Assembly (NCBI RefSeq): GCF_009914755.1
Contig: NC_060925.1
Length of the DNA: 64,000 nt
From: the human T2T-CHM13v2.0 reference genome, Homo sapiens
Direction: 5' to 3' (one strand)
Shown here: positions 13,280 to 27,010 of the stretch, one piece after another
Numbering within the stretch: position 1 is the first letter of the stretch
How the letters are laid out: each line of letters begins with the position of its first letter
Program-made: the position numbers and the translations under genes
Notes under the pieces: generated by a model
Database searches by the model: none
The model's input: the letters and a program-made list of their open reading frames with translations, nothing else
Told to the model about the DNA's origin: nothing

Positions 13280-16200
13280 ATGCTTGCATAGAGGCACCCA
13301 GAAGTGGTGTTGCCCACAAAAAAAGGACCAAAGCAAAAAATAGATAACCAGGCTTCACATAGGACATCTAAAGGAGAACACTGGAATTCAGGAAGGAACT
13401 GAGAAAGACCCTCCGAGGCATAGAAACTTGAGATAGCAGCATAGAGAGGGAAGTGAAGCAGCTAGACAGAAGCAACTCTGAGGCAAGAGAGACTCCTCAT
13501 AGCCAGAAGAGGTAAGTGGGAGATCCCTAGCAGTCCACATTCCACCACATATGCCTGCAATTCTGAGTTAAGAAGAGTCTTCCAGCCCTCAGAGGTCATG
13601 AGCCTAGTATAGGAAGCTGCCTGGAGTCCACATGACTGCAATCCCAAAGAAGAAATCAACACTGCACCCCCATCCTCTGGGGCCCAGGCTGCTGCAACAT
13701 GGCATTATTTTGAGAACAAAGCCACCACTAAATCCTGCCCTGGGGCTCAATAGCTCTAGCACTTCCACATCCCTGGGGAACACCTTGACATCCCCCCGAG
13801 AGATACCCAGAAGGATGCAGCATCATGAAACCAGCTGGAATCAGCAGTGCAGATGTGACCTTGGCACCTGACTCCAGGCAGTACCCTATATCCCAGTGCA
13901 AAGGCAGTTCAGTACATCAGGGGGATTGCCCCAGGACATAAAGACCTGAAGTACACATTCCCCAGAATCTGAGCGGTATCTCTCCACTGACAGTGGCCCT
14001 GCACTTTACAGTGGCAGGGTTGCTGCGTGCCTGCATGTGCCATCCAGAGACCCAAAGACCAGACTGCCCAGGGCCCACTGCACTGTCCAGGACTTAAAGA
14101 CCAGCCCACCTGGGGCCTAATGCCACCACCTATGAACCTGCCCCCTTGAGGGGCAGGGAGACCACATACCCATGTGTGCCCCTGAGAAACACAAAGCCCA
14201 GACTGCCTAGTGTCCCTGTCCCCAGCAAAAATGCTTCACAGCCTTCACAAACAACCACAGCCTAAGCCACTAAGAAGCTCACAGGTAACACTGACATTTA
14301 TTATAGATGTAAAAATCATACAAAGACTATACTGCACCCACCCAGATCCAAAGCCAAAGTACCCTACTCAACTGACACTATAGATACATCTACAGGAAAA
14401 GAATCATCCCCTACAAAAGGTACTCCATAAAATTGGAAGAAGCAACTGTTACATCAGATGTATAGATATCAACGTACGGATATAAGAAACATAGAAAAAC
14501 AAGGAAACATGATACTTCCAAAGGAACACAGTAATTCCCCAGGAGCAGACCCAAAGAAAGGAAAATCTATGCAATTCCTGAAAAGAAATGGAAACTAATG
14601 ATCTTAAGGAAATTCAGTGAGATACAAGAGAACACAGATAGATAATACAAAGCAATAATAAAAACAATTTATGACCCAAATGAGAAATTCAACAGAGACA
14701 AATATCATAAAAAGGAACCAAACAGAAATCTTGGAACTGAATAATTAAATGAATAAAATAAAGAATATAATTGGGAGTTTCAACAATAGATTAGATCAAA
14801 AAGAATAATTTCTGAACCCAAAGACAGGTCTTTTGAAATAACTCAGTCAGACAAAAAGAAAAAGACAAAAGAATAAAAACAAATGAAGAACACCTACATA
14901 ACATATGGAATATCATTAAGTAAACAAATATTCAAACTTTGGGAGTTCCAGAAGAAGAAGAAGAGATGGGAAAAGAGAAGAGATCTTAGTCATAGTCATA
15001 AATTCTTTGCTTGACCAATGTCCAGAAGAGTTTTCCCTAGGTTCTCTTCTAGTATTTTTAAAGTTTTGTGTCTTACATCAAAGTATTTAATCCATCTTGA
15101 GTTGATTTTTGTATATGTTGAGAGATAGGGGTTCAGTTTCATTCTTCTGCATATAGCAATCCAATTCCTCCAGCACCATTTATTGAAAAGGGTATCCTTT
15201 CCCCAATATAGGCTCGTCTCAGTATTCTTTGTCAAAGATCAGTTGGCTGTAAATACGTAACTTTACTCCTAGGTTCTGTATTCTATCCCATTGAACAATG
15301 TATCTATTTTTATACCAGTACTATTCTGTTTTAGTTACCATTGCCTTGTAATATAACTTAAAGTCAGGTAATGTAATGCCTCCAGCTTTGTTCTTTTTCC
15401 TTAGGATTGCTCTGGTTATTCAGGCTCTTTTTGGTTCAACAAATTTTTAAAAATCAAATAATATCAGTGAAATAAAACTAGAATAAAATAAAACTGGACA
15501 TCAATAATAAGAAAAACTTTGGAAACTGTACAAATATAAAACAATTAAAAATATTCTTCTGAACCACTAATAGGTCTATGAAGAAATTAAGAAGTAAATT
15601 AAGAAATGTCTTAAAACCAGTGAAACTAGAAACACAACATACTGAAGTCTATGGGATACAACAAAGGCATTATTAAGAGGGAATTTTACAGCAATAAATT
15701 CCTACAACGAAAGAGTAGAAATTTCAAATAAACAACCTAATGTGCACTTCAAGGAACTAAAAAAGCCAAAACAAAGCACACATAAAATTAGTAAAAGAAA
15801 AGAAATAATAAAGATCAGAGAAGAACTAAATAAAAGAAATAAAAAAATAAAAGACCAACAAAATGAAAAATCAGTTTTTGAAAAGATAAATAAGATTGAC
15901 AAACTATTAGCTAAATTAAGAACAAAAGACAAAAGATCCAAATAATAAAATTTCAAATAAAAAGGGAGAGAATATAGCTGATACCATAGAAATACAATGT
16001 ACCATTAGAAACTGTTATGAACAACTATATGCCAACAAATTGGAAAACCTAGGGGATAAAATTCCGGGACACATGTAACCTACAAAGAGTGAACCAAGAA
16101 GAAATAAAAAACCTAAACAGACCAGTAATGAGTAACAAGATTGAATCAGTAATAAAACATCTACCAACCAACAAAGAAAAACCGAGGACCAGATGGCTTT

Positions 16201-17948
16201 ACTGCTGAATTCTCCTGAACTTTTTTTTTTTTTTTTTCCTGATTGCCTAGGCTAGAGCGCGATGGTGCAATCATAGCTCAGTGTAACCTCAAACTGCTGG
16301 GCTCAAGCAATCCTTTTGCCTTAGCCTCTCAACAGGTGCATGCCACCATGCCCAAGCTAAACATTTTTAAAACTTTTTTGTAGAGATAGCATCTCACTAA
16401 GTTGCTTAGGCTGGTCTTGAGCTCCTGGCTTCAAGCAATCCTGCTGCCTCAGCTTCCCAAAGCACTGGGATCACAAGTGTAAGCCACTGCACCTGACCCC
16501 GCACTTTTAAAGGACTAACACCTTCTTTAAAAGGTATCATTCTGAAAAGCCAGTATTAACCGGATTCCAAAAGTAGACAAAGACATAACAAAAAACTTAC
16601 AGGCCAATATTCCTGATGAATATAGTTGTAAAAATTCTCAACAAAATACTAGCAAATCAAATCCAACAGCACATCAAAAAGATTACAGACCATGATCAAG
16701 TGAAATTTATCTCAGGGATGCAAGGATTTTTCAACAGACACAAATCAATAAATGTGATATATCACATCAGCTGAATGAAGGACAAAAGTCTTATAAACAT
16801 CTCAATAGATAAAAAAAGCATTTGGTAAAATTCAACATCTCTTTATGATAAAAATTCTCAACTATTAATAGGTGAAGAAGGGACATATTTTATCACACAA
16901 AAAAACTTTATGCTAACAAAAAAAACCACACAGCTAACATTATATTGAATAAGGAAAAGCTGAAATCTTTTTTTCTAAGAACCGTGACAAGACAAGGATG
17001 CCCACCTTCACCACTGTTATTTACCATAGTACTTGATGTACTAGTCAGAGCCATTAGGCAAGATAAAGAGATAAAGGGCATATAAATTAGAAAAGAGAAA
17101 GCCAAATTGTTCCTGTTTGCAGACGACATGATCTTATATACAGAAAAACCTTAACACTTCACTAAAATACTCTTAGAACTGATAAACGAATTCAGTAAAG
17201 TGGCAGGATACACAATCAACACACAAAAATCAATAGCATTTCTAAACACCAATAATAAACTGCCTGAAAAAGAAATTGAGAAAGTGACCTCATTTATAAC
17301 AGCTATGAAGAAATAAAATACTTAGGTATAAATTTAATCAAGGACGTGAAATACTTAGGAATAAATTTAGCCAAGAACATGAAAGACTCACAAAAAAAAT
17401 TATGAAACGCTGATGAAAAAATTTGAAGACATACAAAAAATAAAAAGATATTCCATGTTCATGGATTAAAAGAATTAATAGTGTTAAAATGGCCATACTA
17501 CCAAACGTAATTTACAGAATCAGTACAATTCTTATCAAAAGACCAATGACATTCTTCACAGAAATAGAAAAAGCAATCCTAAAATTTGTATGGAAACACA
17601 AAAGACTGAATAGCCAAAGTAATACTGAGCAAAAAGAACAAAGCTGAAGGCATCACACTATCTGACTTCAAAATATCCTGCAAAGATAGAGTGACCAACG
17701 CAATATTGCATGGTATAAAAACTGACACATAGACCAATGGAACAAAATAGAGAGCCCAGAAATAAATTCATGTATTTACAGCCAACTGATTTTCAACAAA
17801 GGCACCAAGAACATTCACTGGGGAAAGAACACCCTCTTCAATAAATGATTTTGAGTAAACTGGATATCCACATGTAGAAGAATGAAACTAGACCCCTATC
17901 TTATATCATATACAAAAGTAAACTCAAATGGATTAAAGACTTAAATGT
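13280..17948 (+). mobile_element. Rearranged old L1 (5'UTR, ORF1 start, ORF2 portion) containing an antisense L1 ORF2 piece (~14984-15440) and an Alu
   Basis: GC-richer 5'UTR-like region, ORF1-like coiled-coil region, ORF2 motifs (KRKEIIKIREEL; acaagacaaggatgccc; tttgcagacgacatg = FADDM). Confidence 0.8.
16221..16499 (-). mobile_element. AluJ-like element, degraded
   Basis: Poly(T), gggctcaagcaatcc, cccaaagcactgggatcacaagtgtaagccac. Confidence 0.8.
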
Positions 17949-18350
17949 ACCAGCAATACATAAGAAGTTGTTACTCCACATTTTTTCCTGTATTTGTTGT
18001 TGTCAGTCTCTTTAATTTTAGCCATTCTAGACATTGTGTAGTGATATCTCATTGTGGTTTTTATTTGCATTTCTCTGATAAGTAATGATATTGAAAAGTT
18101 TTCCATGGGTTTATTGGTCATTCATGTGTTTTCTTTTGTGAAGTGTTTGTTCAAAACTTTTGCCCATTTTTATAATTGGATGTTTGTCTTTTTATTACTG
18201 AATTATAGACATTATTTATATGTTTTGGATTAACATCATTGGCAGATATATGTTTTGTGAATATTTCTTCCCACTCTGGCTTACCTATTTATTTTATTAT
18301 CAGTGTCTTTGGTAAAGTTTATATTATCGAACTTTTATTTTCTGGTTGTT
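17949..18350 (-). mobile_element. Ancient L1M fragment (probably continuing the fragment at ~12800-13260)
   Basis: [19 protein letters not shown]2 motif on the minus strand. Confidence 0.7.
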
Positions 18351-19184
18351 TCTTTCTGTCTTGTACAATTTGCTTACATCACTAGTCTGTGGGCTCCTAT
18401 AGTGAATGAGTGTGAATATTTTTTTCTTGTGCCCTTAGCCCCAGCATAGAGCCTGACTTATAGATGGCCCATAAGTGTAGTATTAAGTTTGTTGGGAGTA
18501 GGAGAGGAGGAAATATGTTTCCTTTTTTTTGCCTAGTAACTTTTTAGGGAATTATCTCCCCTCACCATTCAGTCCTTCTGGTTAAGATAAGGCTTATCTC
18601 ATTCCAACCCATCGTTAAGTGTGGGCACTTGATCCAAACTAGGCCAATTGAAGCCTTGCTCCGCACTCTTGTAAGAAATATGAGTGTAGAGGTATCATCA
18701 CCCTCCTCCTACCAAGATTTAGAAGGACATTGTGACGGTAAAGCAATTGCTTGCCATCTTTGCTTTCACCCAAATAATCCTACTTGAGTATGAAGTCAAC
18801 ACAGAAGTTAAGAGATGGAAAATGGAGAAAAAATGATCCTTGAAGACATAATTGGAATCCCCGGATTCAGCCTTTCCTGAATTTCACTTCCCTTTGAAAT
18901 GCTCAGTTATATAAATCAAAGCTTTTTGGTTTATGTATTTGTTTAAGCAAATTTGAGTTATATTTTTATTTCTTGCAACCCAAAAAGTCCTGCCTAGTAT
19001 ACTTCCTAATAATGTAATCCTTCCCCTAATTAACATCTAATTCTCCAAATCTCCAGAGGATTTTTTGGAGCTGAAGGAGATGGGGTGGAAAGCAATATTT
19101 GTAATTATCTCAGAGTGTGTGATCAATAAAACAGGAGTCCTGGCTTCATACATTATGTAGCACTGTTAAAAATCATAAACTTTT

Positions 19185-19499
<315 letters not shown>

Positions 19500-19784
19500 A
19501 AAAATCATAAACTTTTAAATCATGATATAAATTTAAAACAAAACTAATTATAATGTTCAGATCATGGAAAGACCTGCTACTATTATGTCCGAGCATACTC
19601 CTCACTGTCATTTTATTTCTATATATTGTCATCAAGTATCTGATTGATTAATGAAAGAAACATGAATCCTTGAAACAAGCAAATTCATTTTCTCTTTTAA
19701 TAGTAGAACACAAGCCAGATGAAATCTTTTTTTAAAGACTCTGTCATATAAAACTGACAAAAGTAAAGTTGTTCTGGTTAAAGA

Positions 19785-20225
19785 TGCATGTGTGTATATA
19801 TATATCTGTGTATGTGCATATATTTGTATGTGTGTACATATGTATCTATGCGGTCTGAGTACCTATGTGTATGTGTGTCTACATACAATTGTGTATGTTT
19901 ATACATGTGTGGTATAAAGTGAATGAGACTGTATATTTACATATATGTGTGTATAAGTGTGTGTCTATATCTCTATGTGACTGTATTTGCGTCTGTGTCT
20001 ATATCTCTATGTGCTACATTGTGGCTTAATTTGCATTTGTGTGTCTGTGTGTGTTTGTGTGTGTGTGTAGTGTAAGTATGGGTTTGTGCCTGTGTTTGTG
20101 TCTGTGTGCTCTGCGTTTGTGTCTACATGTGACTTTGTGCAAACATGTATGTGCCTGTGTTGTATGTGTATGCCTGTAGGTATATTTGTGTGGCTGTATG
20201 TGTGCATGTGTTGATGTGTCTGTGG
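19785..20225. repeat. Degenerate (TG/TA)n low-complexity tract
   Basis: ~440 bp of interrupted alternating purine-pyrimidine sequence. Confidence 0.85.
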
Positions 20226-23200
20226 TTGATGGTAGGGAGAAGGGTAAAGCTACACTATCCTATTCTGTACTTGGTGCAAATTATGAAAAGTGCCCTCTCT
20301 GGTAGGACAGAGCAGCCTCACAGGCAAAGGGATTGGCCAGCAGACTGGGGACTGGGTTTCAGTCCCCACTGGCCCCCTCATCTGGTATCTTAGAGCAGAG
20401 AGCAACTTGGTGAACATGAGGGGTATTTTGGAAGACCTGAAGTCCATTCCGTCTCTCCTTTGTTGTGCAGGCACCTTCCCATAGAACTCAGTCTGAAAAC
20501 TGATATTCTCTAATTGTCCCAAAATGACACGATTCCAGAGGTGTTCATGGCAGAGTTCCTCTACCTGAAGTCCAGGAACTGCAGAGCCTCCAGGGGGCTC
20601 CTTCTTTGACTCAGCCTCAGGCCTTCAGCATGACTTCCCGCAGGTAGACCTTCTCTCACCTCCCTTTTTGGAAAGCTCAAGCCAGAGAGTCCTGCCTTAG
20701 TGTCCTACGGCCTTAGGCTCGCTTCTGCCACCTGTGGCCTTGTTGTGGAAAACACGTGTTGAGGTTTAGGGTTGCATATTGCCATGGCTCATTACATGGT
20801 TTGCAGTTTTTAAAAAATGACTCATGACTAAGAGGCTGTGGGGTTGTGATTGGGTGGCGTTAGTGGAGAAAGATATGGATGGCGTGGGACTAGTTTAGAT
20901 GGAGAGTGAGGTCTTGGAGCTGGAAGTGGATGAGCAGTTCAAATGTGGAAGAGAAAACTGGTGCTGCATGTTGGCTCTAGAGGGATCATTAGGATTTAGA
21001 TTCCTTTGAAGCCTTCATATCCAATATGAGCTGCCCACTTCAGCTTCTCAGCAGAAACTCCCTCTTCAGCAGTCTGACTTGTAGTGTCTTGTGATAGATG
21101 ACCTTGGGCAAGTTGCTCAACCTTTGTAAGCCTCTGTTTCTTCAGTAATAGCCCCTATTTACTCATGTGGGTGGTTAGGAGGAATAATGACATAGTCTAT
21201 GTGATGACCTGGGAGCACAGGGCTCAGTGAATATTGTTGCAGCCTTTTCTCCCCTTTCGCTATACCCTCTTCTTCCACCTCTGGATGCCCATAGCACTTC
21301 ATCTGCCCGTAGTACAGCATCCAGCTCTGGCCTAGCACTTGGCAAGTGCTCAGTAGTCAGTAGATATTTGTTGAGTGAAGAGTTAAAAGAAGTCAGGCAG
21401 GCAAACGGAGGGAAAATAGTAAGTAGCAGACAAGTAATAAAGTAAGTTGAAACATTTTCCCACCTTTGGAAATGAACTAATAGCATCCTTTGATATGAAA
21501 GTTGAACAAACAATGATTTTGTATCTGTAAAATGTAGCTGTAGGTGATGGTCAGGGTAGGGAGCTCAGTAGGCACTTCTGATTGCTGGTTTCCTGTTTGT
21601 GATCATCTGTCAGGTCTACAGTGGACCACTTCAGTTTTCCCTTTGATATGACAGGGTGAATTTGGAAGAGAGAGAGTGTCTGTATGTAATGGCACCTGTT
21701 CCTGCCAGAGGGTCAAGTTTCAGAGAGGCTTAAAGGAATCTAAATGGCGAAAGAAAGAAAGGAAGAAAGATAGGAGAAAACAAATCTTATTAGTAATGAG
21801 AGATGCAGTAGGCAGGTAAGGGCTGTCATCACCATAATTATATACCAGGTATTAATCACTGCTATTATAGAGCACAATGCTAGTTGCTGAGATTGTGAAG
21901 TAGAATTCCAGGTTTTTGCCCTCCAGAGGCTTCCAATCTAGAAAATGGAATTGGTTAGAAGATGAAGGGGTATCAAACATTATCTGTCTGTTGAGTACTG
22001 TGACAAATGCTTAAAGGTATTTTGTAAGATATAATCATTCTCCAAGGAGAATCTAAGGTTCAGAGAGATTAAGAAACTTTCTTCAGCTCATCCATCAAAC
22101 AATCTGTAGAACTGGGAGAAGGCCCAAGTCTGTCTGGCTCTAATGGCATTGTACTGTCTGTAGGCCTCTGAGTAAGAGCATCAGGGCAAGCATGTGAAAA
22201 AGAGAATTAACTTGACAAGCTATCCTAGGTTCAAGGCCATGTAAGTAATATTTGATGATTGTTGCAGGAATCCTACAAGAAAAGAGATTTATTGAGATAG
22301 AAGGAGGAACTTTACAGAGGAGGTACATCCTCAACTAGATACTGATGGCAGAATATGAATCCAATAAGAATGAAGGGAGAGGCATTTTAGGTGGAAGTAG
22401 GCATGGTATGTGCAAAGGTGGGAAGTGGGAAAATTTTCACCTTCCGGGTTTCTGTTATGCAGCACGGAGTACCAGAGAGAGCACAACCTGCTCCAAACTT
22501 ACTAATAGTGCTTCCCTAGCCCAGTCACCCAATTTCCATAAACCTCGGTTTCCCTATCTGTACAATAGTTGTGATAATAGGCACTTCATAGAGTTGTTGA
22601 GACCAGAAACAATGTGTGTAATGTTATCTGCCTCTTCAAAATCCCCACTCTAAATTAAACTTCAATCAAAATCAGCTTCCCTCTCTTACAGTTTTCTGTT
22701 TTCCTTTCTACTTGCACTTGAATCAACTACATATTTGTGTGTTTATTTCTTTAATGTGTTTCCTGACTGTAAGTTCCATGAGGACAAGGAAAATATCTGT
22801 TCATCTCAAACACTATCTCTTTAATGCCTAGAACAGTACTCAATAAATCTTTGTTGAATGAATGAATACATAAATGTAGGAATGAATAAATGAATAATAA
22901 GATCTATTTCTGTGCTATGATTCTAAGAATCTTAGGGAAAATATCTCTTTTCTCTGGTAATGGGCAGGTTGCTAATGCAGGAAAAGCTTTCATAGAATGC
23001 AGTTAGAGCATTACAGGGCCTCCACAGCTTACCAGAGAAGCTCCGTGTCTCCTCTCTGTCTACTATATGGAACCATCTCTGAGCAGGAAGGAAATTACAC
23101 AAACTTTCAGCTCAGCTGGTTCCAGAGTTTCACAACCCAGCTCTGTCTTGCTTACATCTGACGTGCTACTTCACTGGTGTGACCTCCAGTGTGCTTAGTG

Positions 23201-23625
23201 GATAATGACACTGCATAATCCCCATGCTGCCCCACAATGACCCTGAGTGATGTCTAGACTTTCCAGTAATCAAGTCTTATAATTCAATGCAATGCAATAA
23301 CCTTTTATGTATTGTTGGGGAGAATAGGGAATATATAGATGCACTGATAATTACTAGGCATTTGATATATGGCCTGTGATAGAGATAAGGGCAGGAAACT
23401 AAAGGGTACAGAGGAAGCTATGTGGCCCAGCCTGATGTGAAACAATGGATGTATGGTTGGATAACATTTATATATTTTCAAAGTGTGATTATATATTTCA
23501 TCCCTTAGTCTCCCTGTAGTCACGGGGAAGTATAGATAGCATTTGCATTATTTGTTCTTATTATATATAGAGAGAAATTGAGGCAAATGAGGGTGGTCCG
23601 GGACATAGATCTGGTTTCAGTGGCT

Positions 23626-23990
23626 GTCTTAGTCTGTTCTGTGCTGCTATAACAGAATGCCAGAGGCTGGGTAACTTATAAAGAAAAAAAATTTATTTCT
23701 CACGTTTCTAAAGGCAGGAAGTCCAATATCAAGTTGCTGGCATCTGGGGAGTGTCTTCTTCCTGTGTCATCCCATGGCAGAAGGTGAGAGGGTGAGAAAG
23801 AGGGGTTGGGAAATCAAACTTGCCCTTTTATAATGAACTAATTCCTGTGACAATGGTATTAATCCATTCATGAGGGTGAAGCCTGCATGGCCTAACCACC
23901 TCTCATTAGGCCTCACCTCCCAACACTGTTGCATTGGGGATTAAGTTTCCAATACATGCTTTCTTGGGGACACATTCAAATAGTAGCAAT
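23626..23990 (-). mobile_element. MaLR LTR (MST/MLT1A-type)
   Basis: tgtcttagtctgttctgtgctgctataacagaatgcc ... ggggacacattcaaa. Confidence 0.75.
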
Positions 23991-24171
23991 GGCAGATATG
24001 AACTCATGGCCGTCAGTTTAGGGATCTTCTGAACCACACTGTCATTAGCCCTTATGTTGGACAGCAGTATGAGCATGCTTGCAATTTCACAATGTCACAG
24101 AAGGTGGGGGACCTTCTATAATATGTCCTCTATGCACTTTTGTGATGGAACATCAGAATACAATAAATTAG

Positions 24172-24950
24172 TGATACAGAAGTGCTGGGAAGTGAAGGGT
24201 GTGTCCCTTTAAATGATAGGGAAGGGGGCAGGGACATGCGTATGTGTGCCCAAGGACCTAGGTGAGGACAGGCATAATTTTGTTTTCCTGCCCAAATATT
24301 GCATTTCCCAAGACAACCCTGGCCTGCCACACCCCCATCCTGTGCTATAAAAACCATGAGACCCTAGCAGGTAGACAAACAGGCGGCTGGACGTCGAGAG
24401 GAGCACATCAGCGGAGGAACACGCGGGCAGCTGGACGTTGAGAGAACACACTTACGCCAGCAGGCCACCAACTGGCAGAATGACATGGAGTTTGGCTGGG
24501 GCAGTGGGAGGAGAGCCTGGGCCGCCAAGCGGCCCGACACCAGGGGAAAACCATCTCCCTTTTGGCTCCTCCACCTGCTGAGAGCTACTTTCACTCCATA
24601 AAACCTTGCAATCATTCTCCAAGCCCACGTGTGATCCAATTCTTCTGCTACACCAAGGCAAGAACCCCGAGATACAGAAAGCCCTCTGTCCTTGCAATAA
24701 GGCAGGGGTTTAATTGAGCTGGCTAACACAAGCCACCCACGGACGGCTAAACTAAAAGAGCACCCTGCTACATGTGCCCACTGGGGCTTTGGCTGTAAAC
24801 AGTCACCCCTAGACACTGCCGTGGGGTCAGATCTCCACAGCCTACCTGTCTGTATGCTTCCCTAGAGGTTTGTGCAGTGGGGACTGAAGAAGTGAGTCAC
24901 ACCCACATCGCACGCCCTGTGAAGGGGACAAGGGAACTTTTCCCATTTCA
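24172..24950 (+). mobile_element. ERV1-class solo LTR (LTR1-like)
   Basis: TG...CA termini; 4-bp TSD TTAG (24168-24171 and 24951-24954); TATA box ctataaaa at ~24345; internal ggctggacgt repeats. Family name is from recollection. Confidence 0.8.
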
Positions 24951-24951
24951 T

Positions 24952-25165
24952 TAGGGGTTGGCAAACTAAGGCTCATGGGCCACATTGTCCATTGCCTGCT
25001 TGTGTAAGTAAAGTTTTATTGAAACATAGTCATACCTACTCATTTACTATTGTCTATGGCTGCTTTTACATTACAAAGTTGAGTAGTTGCAACAGAGACT
25101 GTATTGCTCACAAAGTCTAAAATATTTACTATCGGTCCTTTACAGAAAAAGTGTCACTCCCTGGA
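24952..25165. mobile_element. MER58A-like hAT DNA transposon
   Basis: aggggttggcaaact...aaagttttattgaaacatagtcat...ctaaaatatttactat...ctttacagaaaaagt. Confidence 0.75.
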
Positions 25166-27010
25166 ATAAATGAATCAAATGGAAGTAAATGGAAAAAAAA
25201 AAAAAGGATTCATTCATTCGTAATAGGCAGTGTATCATAACTGAAAAAGATAGTGAAAATTGGTTTCAGACAAACCCAGGTAAGAATCTCACCTTCGCCA
25301 CTTGGCTGGAAAACTCTGAACAAATTATTTTTACTCTTTGGGCCTGTTTCTGCATCTATCACCTTATAAGGTTGCTGTCTGAGAATTCTACTATACAATG
25401 TAATGTATCTGTTAGAGTGTAATATATCTGTTATTAGGTTTGACCTCATACAATAGAAACACAAAATAAAAGTGTCTTACACAGGACAGCAGTTTTTTTC
25501 TTTCATGTGGAGGTCTGGAGGGCAGTGGGTATTGATTGGTTCAGTGCCTCCTGCATTAGGAATCCACGCTTCTTTCACTTTGTTGCTTTGCTGTGTGTGG
25601 GTTTCATTCCTGAGGTCCTTTCATGGTTCAACACGGCTGCTGGAGCAAATAAAAAATCAAATACACAAAAGCCCAGAGAAAGAGCCATCCACAGAGGCCA
25701 GGCAACAAATCCACTTATTCAAGTCTAGCCAAGATGAGACCCCCTTGCCACAGTGCATGAAACCAGCATATTCCACTTATTCCATTCTTGGGGTACGTTG
25801 AAACAGATCTGGAAGCAATGTCTTCTGTGTATTAAGCATCTAACACTTTACAAAGCATTTTCATATGTCTTACCACATTTGTTCTTCATAATGTTCTGAA
25901 AAGGTAAGATGAATACATCTTATTATTCCTATTGAACACTTGATTCACACAGCTGCTAAGTAACAGATTCCAACGAGTCTATAGCTAGGTCTTTGGGTAT
26001 GTTGCTGGTAATGAAAAGGTGAACAATCATGGTGCAGAAGAAAGAAAATGAGCCAAACCAGGATCCCTGGTAGAGTTGTAGTGCAAAGACTGGGGTTAAT
26101 TGTGTGGCCTCAGCCTCACTGGGCTGTTCTCCTCACCTGTAAGACCAAGATAAGAGCACTTATTTACTTCGGGGTTGTTGTGAAGATAGCAGACAATCTT
26201 AGTGCACCTGCCACTTAAGATCCGTTCAGTGAAATTATTACCTTTCACAGGTGTGTCTTTGGAAAATCACTTCCCTTTCCTGGATCTCAGTTTTCTTTTC
26301 TAGGAAAACAACATGTTTGGACTCAGCGACTGCTAAACTGTCTCCCAAACCTCGAACTCCCTCAGCCTGGGATCCTGCCTTTTATGAAAATAGTTCGGAT
26401 TGGAGCTCAGGTTGGAATTCTCGCTTTAGTTGCTTGCTAGCTGTGTGTCCCAGTAAAAGCTAAAAATTTCGGATTCCCCACATCTGTAGAATAGGGATAC
26501 ATAACATGCAGCTTATTAGAAAGGGAAGGCATGTGAGAATTAAATTAGGTCCGTGTCCAGTACCCACTAAATTGTAAAAACTTCTCAAAGGCAGGGACCC
26601 ATCTGTTTTGTAGATTTACAGAATGTCATACGTTGAAGTACGGGGGTTCGCCACGGGATTAGAAAATTTCTGTAGAGTAAGGAACAAGACACAAGGTAAG
26701 CATTCAAGAATTGTAACCATGCAATATTCTTATTTCTTACAGTCGCCTACAACAGTCCTGGTGTTTAGTAAACGGTCTGACACACACACCCATCAGGGGC
26801 TGCGGAGAGTCCGCCTGGGTAAGCTCCGCAAGGTGAGTCCCCAGAGCCGGGAACTCGCAGCCTGAGCAGACGCAGCGTAGCCGATCTTGGGTCCGCGCTC
26901 CTCCCGCCTTGCCCAGCCCTGCCCGCGGTTGGCTAGGCCCCAGGGAACGCTGCAGCCGCGGGGTGGGCAGGCGACGGCCAATCCCACGCCCGGTTCAAAG
27001 GGCCAATCAG

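Noticed and set aside
13280-17948. L1 as a potentially active element
   Set aside because: Heavily mutated, interrupted, and missing the endonuclease start and the 3' end.
24364-24816. 150-aa minus-strand ORF
   Set aside because: Lies wholly within a solo LTR, antisense, with no recognisable domain.
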